Source: an uncultured bacterium
GTDB lineage: Bacteria > Hinthialibacterota > Hinthialibacteria > Hinthialibacterales > JAKPRU01
Assembly: GCA_964612675.1 (NCBI GenBank)
Contig: CAZTDD010000004.1
Span: forward strand, 38,386 to 102,385
DNA: 64,000 nucleotides
Reading direction: 5' to 3'
Numbering within the stretch: position 1 is the first letter of the stretch; each line of letters begins with the position of its first letter. Of the stretch, positions 46,640 to 54,665 are shown piece after piece. The notes below the pieces were generated by a model. It saw only the letters and a program-made list of their open reading frames with translations. It ran no database searches and was not told where the DNA came from. A program made the translations under genes and the position numbers.

Positions 46640-46864
46640 TCAAGTTGAGTTCTTGTCATCCTGTCCATCGCTCGTTCGAGTGCAACCCGAGTATCGTGCA
46701 TCTCGCAAGCCAGGTCTTGGGTGTTCCGTCTGACAAGCCAGGTCTTGGGTGTTCCGTCTGATTTGAAACAGAATATAGAGGATCAGACCAAACAACGCTA
46801 TCGGAATCAGCGTCCCGAAAAGGCCAATCCCCAGCACGACAACACCTTCTATCGCTCCAGGCAT
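46640..46864 (-). pseudogene. Small membrane protein paralog 3, frame-shifted by a 28-bp tandem duplication
   Basis: The N-terminus GAIEGVVVLGIGLFGTLIPIALFGLILYILFQIRRNTQDLA is homologous to paralogs 1 and 2. A perfect direct duplication of caagccaggtcttgggtgttccgtctga (46706-46733 and 46734-46761) follows. Removing one copy restores the paralog-like tail ...ACEMHDTRVALERAMDRMTRTQLESG. Confidence 0.55.
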
Positions 46865-46926
46865 AATGGTTCCTTGTTTCCTTTCTTGATTGTCCTGCTA
46901 CAATCCCTCTTACCGTCAAGATAGAT

Positions 46927-47018
46927 GCCGTCGCAAAAAGTCCAAGAATCGGCCCTCACCCTAACCTCCCGGCGGGAGAGGGGAACTTCTAATGTCAGCG
47001 GACGACTTTTTGCCGCAG
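46927..47018. repeat. Third copy of MITE-like repeat family 1
   Basis: gccgtcgcaaaaagtcc...gccctcaccctaacctcccggcgggagaggggaacttc...gacgactttttgccgcag. A palindromic core is flanked by inverted gtcgcaaaaagtc termini. It matches the copy A/B pair at 8391-8661. Confidence 0.65.
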
Positions 47019-47089
47019 CGTCAAGATAGGCGAGGATCATAACCGGCAAAACCGCGCGGAGTTGTTTTATTCCATTACTATACGAGTTT

Positions 47090-49402
47090 TTGCTGCTTTC
47101 TATGTCAAACTTCTGTCGTTTTTCCATACTGCTTGTACTGCTTCTTGGTTTTGTCTCCATTTCGGCGTCCCAGGAGACCAGGATTCCACGGATTCCGATC
47201 GGACGGGATGGGAGTCGTACCGCGTGGGTCGACTTCAGCACAGTCCCGATGGGGTGGGGGCTTGCCCGCTCCGCCACCGCCACGCAGGAAGTCCGGTGGG
47301 AGAAACATCTGGGTTCCAAAGGACTTGTGCCCGAGCCGGAAAGTCCGGACCCTTCGATTTATCTGGGAGTGGCTCCCGGTTTTCTGTGGTGGACGACTGG
47401 GACGTTTTTTCTGGCGGTGGAGTACTGGGACAGTCAACCCGGGGCGTTTTCCATTCAGTATATGAGCGATGTCGGCTCGGCAACCCCGACCGAGGACGAC
47501 ATTCTTACGAAGCGGTTTTATACAGGCGGAACGCAGCGCTGGCAGCGGCAGAACGTGGCGCTTTGGAGCGCACAGTTGGAAAACGCGATGACGCATGATT
47601 CCAGCATCCGTCTGATTCCGCCGGGTACCCCGATTCGCCGTGTGATCCTGACACGTCAGCCGCTCGGTGAAATCGATCGTGTGCGGCCCTGGGGTGCGGA
47701 GAAGGAGGTAGCCGAGCCTCCGGAATCGTTCAGCATTTTCGTCCGTCCTTCCGATGAGGAGCGCTTGATCCGTAATGCCGGCACGCCTCGTTTCGACCAG
47801 CGGATGGGCCTGTACGCGTCGTGGGGAGCGGAGGCCATAGTACTACGATCGGAACGGGCCGATTTGATCGGGAAGACCAGTTTGCGCGACAGCCCAGTGT
47901 ACTCATGGGCGTCGGTATTCCGCGACACCAAACCGGGCGTCATCCTGGACATCAGCACGGCTGGCGCGACTGAAAGTGCTCTGAGCATTTGGGATTCTCG
48001 TGAAATCCAGCGATGGGAGGAGGCTGCGCGGACAATCGGCCGGATCGGAATGAATCGATGGCCCCATGGAGTCGTCATCGACCTGCGGAATACCGTTGGT
48101 TTTGAACCGTCTCATGCGCTGGAGATTGTATGGGACGCCCCGGAGATTGTGGACGAATTCCGCCTTGCTGTTCGCAAGAAGTACGGAACCCTGCCGAATA
48201 TCAACCGGGCGTGGGGAACGGAATACCGGCGCAACGATCAGATCGTTCCGTTTCTGGGTAGGCAAGCTCCGTCGCCCCAGGCAGCTGAATTTGTGGAGGA
48301 GTGGCTGCGAGACCGACAAGTAGAATATCTTGACAATTTGCTGGAGACATGCCGCTCCGCTCTTCCACAAACGCGATTGTTTCTGTGGCTGCCCTGCCGG
48401 GCGGATTGGGGAACGCTTCCCCCAGACTCTATCGCGCGGATCACGTCACGCCATGACGCTTTTTTCTTGACTGTTGCCAAAGAATTCAATCCTGTCCTCG
48501 ACCCGAAATGGCTGCTGTTGGCGAAGTCCTTCCGACACCACGAAGCGTCGTTCGGCCTGGAGGTCCGGGAGACAGATGGGGGCATACTTTCATCCGCCTT
48601 GTTCGCTCTTGCGAATGAAGGAGGCGACATCCTTCTCGTTTCCGAGGACCAGTTGGCACGTCCCGGGGTTCTGGACACCTACCGCACCGGTGCCGACAAA
48701 ATCGGTGGAACACGACAACCACGGTCGATTGGCGTTCTATATCCCTGGCTTCCCACCGAAGCCGATTCCGAATTCGCCGAGCGGTTTGGATGGATTCGCG
48801 ATGGGATACCGGTCGATCTTGTGTCGCCAGAAGATCTCGTAGATCCCTCATTTCTTTCGGATTACACCATCTTGATCCACCTGAAGGGGACACGATGGCC
48901 GGCGGAATCTTTCAGCGGTCTGGAGCAGTGGATTCGGCGCGGGAACCTCTTCATCTTCTCGGGCGGTCTCCCTTTCCGCGATCGGGAAGGAAACCTGGAA
49001 ATCATGACCCGGCTTTTCCCGTTGGAACTGAGCAGGGACGAGCAGGGGCTTGAGCCTATATCGCGGGGTTTTAACGAGATTTCGATTCTGTCGCCGTTTG
49101 AGGAGCTGCGAGCCGCTTGGGTGAAAGAGGTTGGGCTCGGTTTTACTTTCTATGTCCCGGATGCGGGGCGTTACCCTGCGGAGTATGCCGATTTGGTCTG
49201 CGCCATCGCTACGAATCCCTCCGCGGTGGATCCGCGGCTTCGGCGAGATGTCGGAACGGACGGTTTGATGGATGGTTTATTTCGAGCGTTTCTGGATGGT
49301 GACGAACTTATTTTGAACCTGACCGCAAAAGAGCAGATTGTCTCCGATCGCCGCCAGCCGGTGACTATTCCCCCCTGGGGACTCGCTCGCCTCCAAAAGT
49401 AG
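47090..49402 (+). CDS. Hypothetical secreted protein (770 aa), possible glycoside-hydrolase-like fold
   Basis: Signal peptide (FSILLVLLLGFVSISASQ). LPNINRAWGTEYRRNDQIVPF weakly resembles the GH42 beta-galactosidase LNxAWGT motif. No firm family assignment. Confidence 0.45.
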   Translation: MLLSMSNFCRFSILLVLLLGFVSISASQETRIPRIPIGRDGSRTAWVDFSTVPMGWGLARSATATQEVRWEKHLGSKGLVPEPESPDPSIYLGVAPGFLWWTTGTFFLAVEYWDSQPGAFSIQYMSDVGSATPTEDDILTKRFYTGGTQRWQRQNVALWSAQLENAMTHDSSIRLIPPGTPIRRVILTRQPLGEIDRVRPWGAEKEVAEPPESFSIFVRPSDEERLIRNAGTPRFDQRMGLYASWGAEAIVLRSERADLIGKTSLRDSPVYSWASVFRDTKPGVILDISTAGATESALSIWDSREIQRWEEAARTIGRIGMNRWPHGVVIDLRNTVGFEPSHALEIVWDAPEIVDEFRLAVRKKYGTLPNINRAWGTEYRRNDQIVPFLGRQAPSPQAAEFVEEWLRDRQVEYLDNLLETCRSALPQTRLFLWLPCRADWGTLPPDSIARITSRHDAFFLTVAKEFNPVLDPKWLLLAKSFRHHEASFGLEVRETDGGILSSALFALANEGGDILLVSEDQLARPGVLDTYRTGADKIGGTRQPRSIGVLYPWLPTEADSEFAERFGWIRDGIPVDLVSPEDLVDPSFLSDYTILIHLKGTRWPAESFSGLEQWIRRGNLFIFSGGLPFRDREGNLEIMTRLFPLELSRDEQGLEPISRGFNEISILSPFEELRAAWVKEVGLGFTFYVPDAGRYPAEYADLVCAIATNPSAVDPRLRRDVGTDGLMDGLFRAFLDGDELILNLTAKEQIVSDRRQPVTIPPWGLARLQK

Positions 49403-49574
49403 CGTCCGGGTTCGTCTCGGACAGTGGCCCGGGATGAACCCGGGCGCTACGGTCTGGATCAAAGTCGGGAGCGAGACGTTGCCTGCATTTTGCAGATTGG
49501 CGAATGAAATCGAATTTAGGTAGTATCTTTCATAAGAAGTCGAAAACCAACTACCCGAGACTGGATGCCGAATC

Positions 49575-49883
49575 ATGGCCCATTACGTGAAAGTCGCTAC
49601 GCTCAACGAACTGCCGCCCAATACGGTCAAACCGATTGATGCGGAGGGGGTACAAATCGCTCTCTTCAACGTCGATGACGAGATCCACGCGCTCGACAAT
49701 ACATGCCGGGAATGCGGCACAATCCTCAGCAAGGCCGTTGTCAGCGAAGGAAATGTCGGTTGTCCACACCATGGCTGGAGTATCGATATCGACGAAGGAA
49801 TCTGTCCTGTTTGCCCGGAGGAAGAGATCAAAAGATACCCGGTCAAGATTGAAGGGGACACGGTCTTCGTCGGACTTCCGTGA
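49575..49883 (+). CDS. Rieske [2Fe-2S] domain protein (NirD-like, small subunit type) with non-canonical ligand box
   Basis: 102 aa. Box 2 CPHHGW is canonical, but box 1 is CRECG instead of CxH, giving a predicted 3Cys+1His ligand set. Small beta-rich protein of NirD size. Confidence 0.55.
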   Translation: MAHYVKVATLNELPPNTVKPIDAEGVQIALFNVDDEIHALDNTCRECGTILSKAVVSEGNVGCPHHGWSIDIDEGICPVCPEEEIKRYPVKIEGDTVFVGLP

Positions 49884-50079
49884 ACCGGATAAAACCGCGG
49901 TCCTCTGGTGTAGGAGGGGTATTCCTGCGTCCTGTGACCCGCCCGCAGAATCGTGGACGGTTGTTTCTTTTGCCTAAATGTCTCTCCGGGATCCACTTTA
50001 GGCGCCCGCCCTATTGCCGCCTTCCCCGATTTGAGAGATGATGTGGTTACTACCATTTCTTAGGAGAAGGAGTATACCC

Positions 50080-51486
50080 ATGTCCGAACATTTCACCCGT
50101 CGGGAGTTTCTACATACCAGCGGCGCAGGTGCGCTGGCCCTATCGATGTTTAATCCCTTGCGTGCGACCATGCCGGTTCACGCAGCGACAACTGACCTGC
50201 CGCCCGTAAACGTTCACGTGATTTACCTGGCAAAACCGGTGCCCACGTGGCCCACACCTTATCTGGATGTGCAAGCCGAGATTCGGCGGGTCGACACGGA
50301 ACTGCGCAAAGTGGCGAACGATTTCCCGGAGATCAAACTGACCGGCGGGGAACTGCTTCGTGTGGCGGACGATCTCAAGAAACTCGACGGCAAGATGGAT
50401 GACGCCGACGGTGTGTTGATCTTCAACCTGACCTCAACTGTGGGCCATCTTGTGGCGGGCATCGCGGAACACAACATTCCGTCGATGCTCTTTTCGCAGC
50501 CGTACAGCGGTCACGACTGGTGCCGTATCGGCGACATGCAGCGGGACGGCAAGCGGATCGACGTATTGGCAACTAGCGATTTTCAGGATTTGGCCAAGGC
50601 GTTGCGCGCCTTTCGAACCGTCCGCAGGATGAAAGATTCCCGGATTCTTTGCTTGACCGGCGGCGGGATGGACGAAGCATTTGCGGATGAAGTGAAGAAG
50701 AAACTCGGTACGAAGATCGTCCTGGTGAGTGGAAGACAATTGATGGATGCCTTCGAGAAGGCGGACCCGGACAAATCAAAGAAACTCGCAACGGATTTCA
50801 TCGACCATGCCGAGACTGTGGTCGAACCTTCGAAAGAGGAGATTCTCAAATCGTGCCGTCTCTATCACGCAATGTGCGACATGCTTCAAGAACAGAAAGC
50901 GCAGGCCATTGCGATCAACTGTCTCAGTTTGTTCCGGCAGGGAGAACTTCCTGCCTATCCATGCCTTGGATTCTCACGCATGAATGATGAAGGACTGGTG
51001 GGAGCGTGCGAAGCGGACCTTCAATCAACCCTAACCATGCTGACATTCGGATATCTGGTCGAGAAACCCGGCTTTATCAGCGATCCGGTGATCGATACCT
51101 CCGAGAACGTAGTGATCCACGCACATTGTGTATCCGCTACACGGATGGACGGCGTGAACGGAAAGCAGTGTCCCTACGCGATCCGCAGCCACATGGAGGA
51201 CGACAAGGGCGCGGCGCTTCAGGTGAAGATGGACATTGGCCGGAAGATTACCATGGCCCGCTATCTGGGAACCGACACGATGCTGATCTCGACAGGAGAG
51301 ATTGTCGACACACCGGTCTGTGAGCGCGGTTGCCGAACGAAGATCACGACCAAGGTGAACGATCCACGTGAGGTCCTGCGCAAGTACACGGGCGGTCTGC
51401 ATCGAGTGATTTTCTATGGCGATCATGTGAATGACATCTATCGGCTGTCCCACTTCCTCGGGTTTAATGTGGTAGAGGAGTGTTAA
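50080..51486 (+). CDS. Tat-signal protein, L-fucose/L-arabinose isomerase-like fold (hypothetical)
   Basis: A strong RBS (AGGAGAAGG) lies 8 nt upstream of ATG 50080. Twin-arginine signal TRREFLHTSGAGALALS. GACEADLQSTLTMLTFGYL resembles the sugar isomerase (FucI/AraA-like) catalytic region. Family call uncertain. Confidence 0.5.
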   Translation: MSEHFTRREFLHTSGAGALALSMFNPLRATMPVHAATTDLPPVNVHVIYLAKPVPTWPTPYLDVQAEIRRVDTELRKVANDFPEIKLTGGELLRVADDLKKLDGKMDDADGVLIFNLTSTVGHLVAGIAEHNIPSMLFSQPYSGHDWCRIGDMQRDGKRIDVLATSDFQDLAKALRAFRTVRRMKDSRILCLTGGGMDEAFADEVKKKLGTKIVLVSGRQLMDAFEKADPDKSKKLATDFIDHAETVVEPSKEEILKSCRLYHAMCDMLQEQKAQAIAINCLSLFRQGELPAYPCLGFSRMNDEGLVGACEADLQSTLTMLTFGYLVEKPGFISDPVIDTSENVVIHAHCVSATRMDGVNGKQCPYAIRSHMEDDKGAALQVKMDIGRKITMARYLGTDTMLISTGEIVDTPVCERGCRTKITTKVNDPREVLRKYTGGLHRVIFYGDHVNDIYRLSHFLGFNVVEEC

Positions 51487-51534
51487 GAAAAACAGGGTTG
51501 ACTGCCTTGAAATGAGAATAAGAAGGAATCGTCT

Positions 51535-51882
51535 ATGCGTGTCAGCACGAGTGCGATAGAAGATCTATGCGACCGAATTGTCCGGGATTTTCGGCCGGAA
51601 CGCATTATACTTTTCGGTTCCTATGCCTATGGAAACCCTTCTGGTGATTCTGATGTAGATCTGTTGGTCATCCTGCCGTTCGAGGGGAGGAATTTTGGAA
51701 AATCGTTGGAGATTCTGAACCGCACCGACCCTCGTTTTCCGATTGATCTGCTGGCGCGTCGACCCGACGACATAGAACGACGATATGCGATGGGAGATCC
51801 TCTTGTCCGCGAGGCATTGGACAGAGGTAAGGTACTTTATGAACGAAGTAGTCAAAGAGTGGATACAGAAAGCGGAAGGTGA
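51535..51882 (+). CDS. Nucleotidyltransferase (MNT) antitoxin-like protein of a HEPN/MNT pair
   Basis: ILFGSYAYGNPSGDSDVDLLVI is the minimal nucleotidyltransferase hG[GS]-x9-13-DhD motif. Confidence 0.75.
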   Translation: MRVSTSAIEDLCDRIVRDFRPERIILFGSYAYGNPSGDSDVDLLVILPFEGRNFGKSLEILNRTDPRFPIDLLARRPDDIERRYAMGDPLVREALDRGKVLYERSSQRVDTESGR

Positions 51883-52422
51883 TTGGAGAACAGCTAACCG
51901 AGAATTCGAAGTCGAATTTGATCCGAATTTCGATGCCGTCTGTTTTCATGCTCAACAGTGCATCGAAAAACTTCAGAAAGCTGTTCTTATCGCGCGCAAC
52001 ACCATTCCGCCAAAGACCCACGATCTGGTTGAATTGAACCATCGTCTTTGCAGTTGTTTTGAGCAATTGGGAGTGCGATATTCGGGATTTACGATATCTG
52101 GCACGTGCGGCGGTTGAGTACCGATATCCCGGATGACGTGCTGGTGCACGCCGATTACTATGCCCGTCATTGGTATTCGGCCCGGTGTTACGCGCGCGAA
52201 TATCTCAGATCGATTGGAAACGGCGACGAGAACCTCTCCGAAGCAGTCTCCGCCTATGAGGAAGTCGCGTCTCGTCTCCGTCCGGTTTGGGAATCGTGCT
52301 CAAAGAAAGAACGACCGACGGATAAGGAAACTCCGCTTGGTCTCGCACAGTGTATCCGGGATGCGAAGAAGGCAGAAGAAACGGGAATCGAAAGTATCAG
52401 GAAATACCTGGCATCTTCGTGA
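51839..52422 (+). pseudogene. HEPN domain gene (toxin partner of MNT), apparently disrupted by two +1 frameshifts
   Basis: Frame A (51839-52117) gives the HEPN helices with AVCFHAQQCIEKLQKAVLIARNTIPPKTHDLVEL (Rx4-6H region). The expected ...DLRYLARAAVEYRYP motif is read only in a second frame around 52090-52130. The continuation DDVLVHADYY... is in a third frame (ORF 52105-52422). One shift lies at the CCC run near 52128. Confidence 0.4.
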
Positions 52423-52461
52423 CGCTTTTGCACCGAGACGCATATACAGGAGACGCTTACG

Positions 52462-53625
52462 TTGAAAGTCGCCCATTTGGAGATGCTTTCAGGGGTGTCC
52501 GGCGAGCTGTTGCTCGGTGCGTTGATCGATTTGGGGGTCAAGACCGAGGATCTGGTCTCGGCGCTCGGGCCATCGTTTGCCGTAGATCTGACAGGTCGAA
52601 AGGTCAGTCCAGGGGGAGTTGCCGCCACCCAGGTCCAAATCGCGGCACCGAAATCCAGAGAGATCTCTTTCAGGGAAACTCAAGAGATCCCTCGTGAAAT
52701 GTCGCTCGCGGCTGGCGTCGCCGAGAGGTCCGAGAGGATACTCAGGAGGCTGGCTGAAGCCACAGCGGCCGCACACGGAATGAATCTCCTGGAGGTCCAG
52801 TTCCGGATGGAGGCGGTAATCGAGACCGTCCTTGTAGTGACGGGACTCCATCTTCTGGAGGTCGAGCAGGTCTCGGCATCCGAGATTCATCTCGGCCGAG
52901 GCAAAATCGACATCGGAGACACCCGGTTCTTGCCTCCCGATCCGATTGTCTCTCGTCTGTTGACTGGATTTCGGATCGTTGCGGGCACAGTGGAAAAGTC
53001 GTTGGTGACTCCCGTTGGCGCGGCGCTGGTCGCAGAACTCTGCGACGGGTCGATGTCTCTGCCGTCGCTTCAGCTGACCGGGGTCGGTATAGGTGCGGGT
53101 AACTTCGATATTGAGGAACATCCGCATATACTCCGTATTCTCACGGGTCATACGGTTTCGGGAAGTCCGAGCGAAGTTGTCGTGATCGAATCGCAGATCG
53201 ACGATATGGTCCCGGAAGCCTATGAAATTCTTATGGAAGACGCATTTCGGACAGGGGCGTTGGATGTGATGTTCACACCGGTGCAGATGAAACGAAATCG
53301 TCCGGGGACATTGGTGACTGTGCTGTCTCCGGTCGGTTTGGAAGAACCTCTCGCGCAGTTGTTGCTCCGAGAGAGCACTACGGTCGGTGTGCGTTTTCGA
53401 CGGATGGAGCGGCGGGTTTTGCAACGCGAGTCGGTGACCGTAGAAACGAAGTGGGGGCCGGTTCGCGGGAAAGTCGTATGGGGTGCGGGGGTTGCACGAC
53501 GCTTCAAGCCGGAATATGTCGATTGCCGAAGGCTTCATATGGAGCACGGGGTACCGTTTTTGGAAATCGCGGCGGCTGCGCAGCGGGCGTATGATGAGAT
53601 TGAGGGGAGCGCATGTCCATCCTAA
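52462..53625 (+). CDS. larC: LarC family nickel-insertion protein (DUF111; nickel-pincer nucleotide cofactor biosynthesis)
   Basis: The N-terminus KVAHLEMLSGVSGELLLGALIDLGV matches the DUF111/LarC signature (MK..Y.DCFSGISGDM.LGAL.DLGV). 387 aa, typical length. Confidence 0.7.
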   Translation: MKVAHLEMLSGVSGELLLGALIDLGVKTEDLVSALGPSFAVDLTGRKVSPGGVAATQVQIAAPKSREISFRETQEIPREMSLAAGVAERSERILRRLAEATAAAHGMNLLEVQFRMEAVIETVLVVTGLHLLEVEQVSASEIHLGRGKIDIGDTRFLPPDPIVSRLLTGFRIVAGTVEKSLVTPVGAALVAELCDGSMSLPSLQLTGVGIGAGNFDIEEHPHILRILTGHTVSGSPSEVVVIESQIDDMVPEAYEILMEDAFRTGALDVMFTPVQMKRNRPGTLVTVLSPVGLEEPLAQLLLRESTTVGVRFRRMERRVLQRESVTVETKWGPVRGKVVWGAGVARRFKPEYVDCRRLHMEHGVPFLEIAAAAQRAYDEIEGSACPS

Positions 53626-54665
53626 AAGACGTCAAAATCTGGATCGGCCTGCTCATCAGCGGAGTCAGTCTGTATTTTTTCACACGGGACGTGGTTTGGT
53701 CCGAAGTTTGGCAAACCGTTCTCACGGTTTCGTGGATTCTGTTCATTCCCTCGATTTTTCTGAATTTTGTGAACATTTATCTGCGTGCCATTCGGTGGCG
53801 TTCGTTTCTCGGCAAGCCGCCGGAACCGGTGAACCGTCTGTTCGGTCTTATGTTGATTTGCTTCATGGGAAACAGCATTCTTCCCGCCCGGGCCGGCGAG
53901 CTGATCCGGGGTATTCTTCTGGCGCATAAAAGCACGCGGCGTTTTACGGAAATCCTGGCAACAGTTGTTGTCGAGCGGGTCTTTGACTTCGCAGGTATCC
54001 TTGTAGGGCTTGGGGTTGTACTGGCTTTGGCTCCGTTCCCGGTCGATCAGGAGGGTCAGCTGGCGTTTATCATCCAGACGGGCGGAAAAGCGTCGCTTTT
54101 CTTCGTGTCGGCGGTCGCGGTTGTCCTGCTTATCATGACCTATCTGCCCACGTGGAGCTATCGCGTGGTTAGCATTCTTGTCCGGCCGCTCCCGCGAGAG
54201 GTTTTGGGAAAACCCTTCCGGCAGAGAATCCTCGATATGACGGTCTCATTCGAGAAGGGGCTATCCACGTTTCGGCGTCCCGGTTCGCTTCTTTGGACCA
54301 CGTTTCTCACACTTGTCCTCTGGCTGATCCTGGCCTGGTCGGAATATGTGATGGTGCAGGCGTTCGGCCTTTCCGATACGATCCCGTTTCTTGGTGGTAT
54401 CCTGATTATGGTGGCGATCTGTTTAGCCGCAGCTGTCCCCAGCGCCCCCGGTTATGTCGGCCTTTATCAGTTGGCTGCGAAAGCCGTTCTGGTTGAATTG
54501 TACGGAGTCAAACCGGGCGTTGCGGCGGCCTTCGCCATTGTATTGTGGCTCAGTCAAATCATCCCGATTATCATCGCGGGACTGATATCGCTCAACTGGA
54601 TGAATATCGCATTCGGCGAGATGATCCATGCCAAGGAAGAAGCCTCCGTCAGCGAATCTTTGTAA
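53613..54665 (+). CDS. Lysylphosphatidylglycerol-synthase-TM-region / flippase-like (TIGR00374, UPF0104) membrane protein
   Basis: 350 aa with about 8 TM helices. YLRAIRWRSFL and ILPARAGELIRGILL are the conserved Arg-containing motifs of this family. Confidence 0.65.
   Translation: MSILKDVKIWIGLLISGVSLYFFTRDVVWSEVWQTVLTVSWILFIPSIFLNFVNIYLRAIRWRSFLGKPPEPVNRLFGLMLICFMGNSILPARAGELIRGILLAHKSTRRFTEILATVVVERVFDFAGILVGLGVVLALAPFPVDQEGQLAFIIQTGGKASLFFVSAVAVVLLIMTYLPTWSYRVVSILVRPLPREVLGKPFRQRILDMTVSFEKGLSTFRRPGSLLWTTFLTLVLWLILAWSEYVMVQAFGLSDTIPFLGGILIMVAICLAAAVPSAPGYVGLYQLAAKAVLVELYGVKPGVAAAFAIVLWLSQIIPIIIAGLISLNWMNIAFGEMIHAKEEASVSESL

Noticed and set aside
52489-53547. 352-aa minus-strand ORF
   Set aside because: Antisense to larC. 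Arg/Pro-rich translation typical of reverse-strand GC-rich frames.
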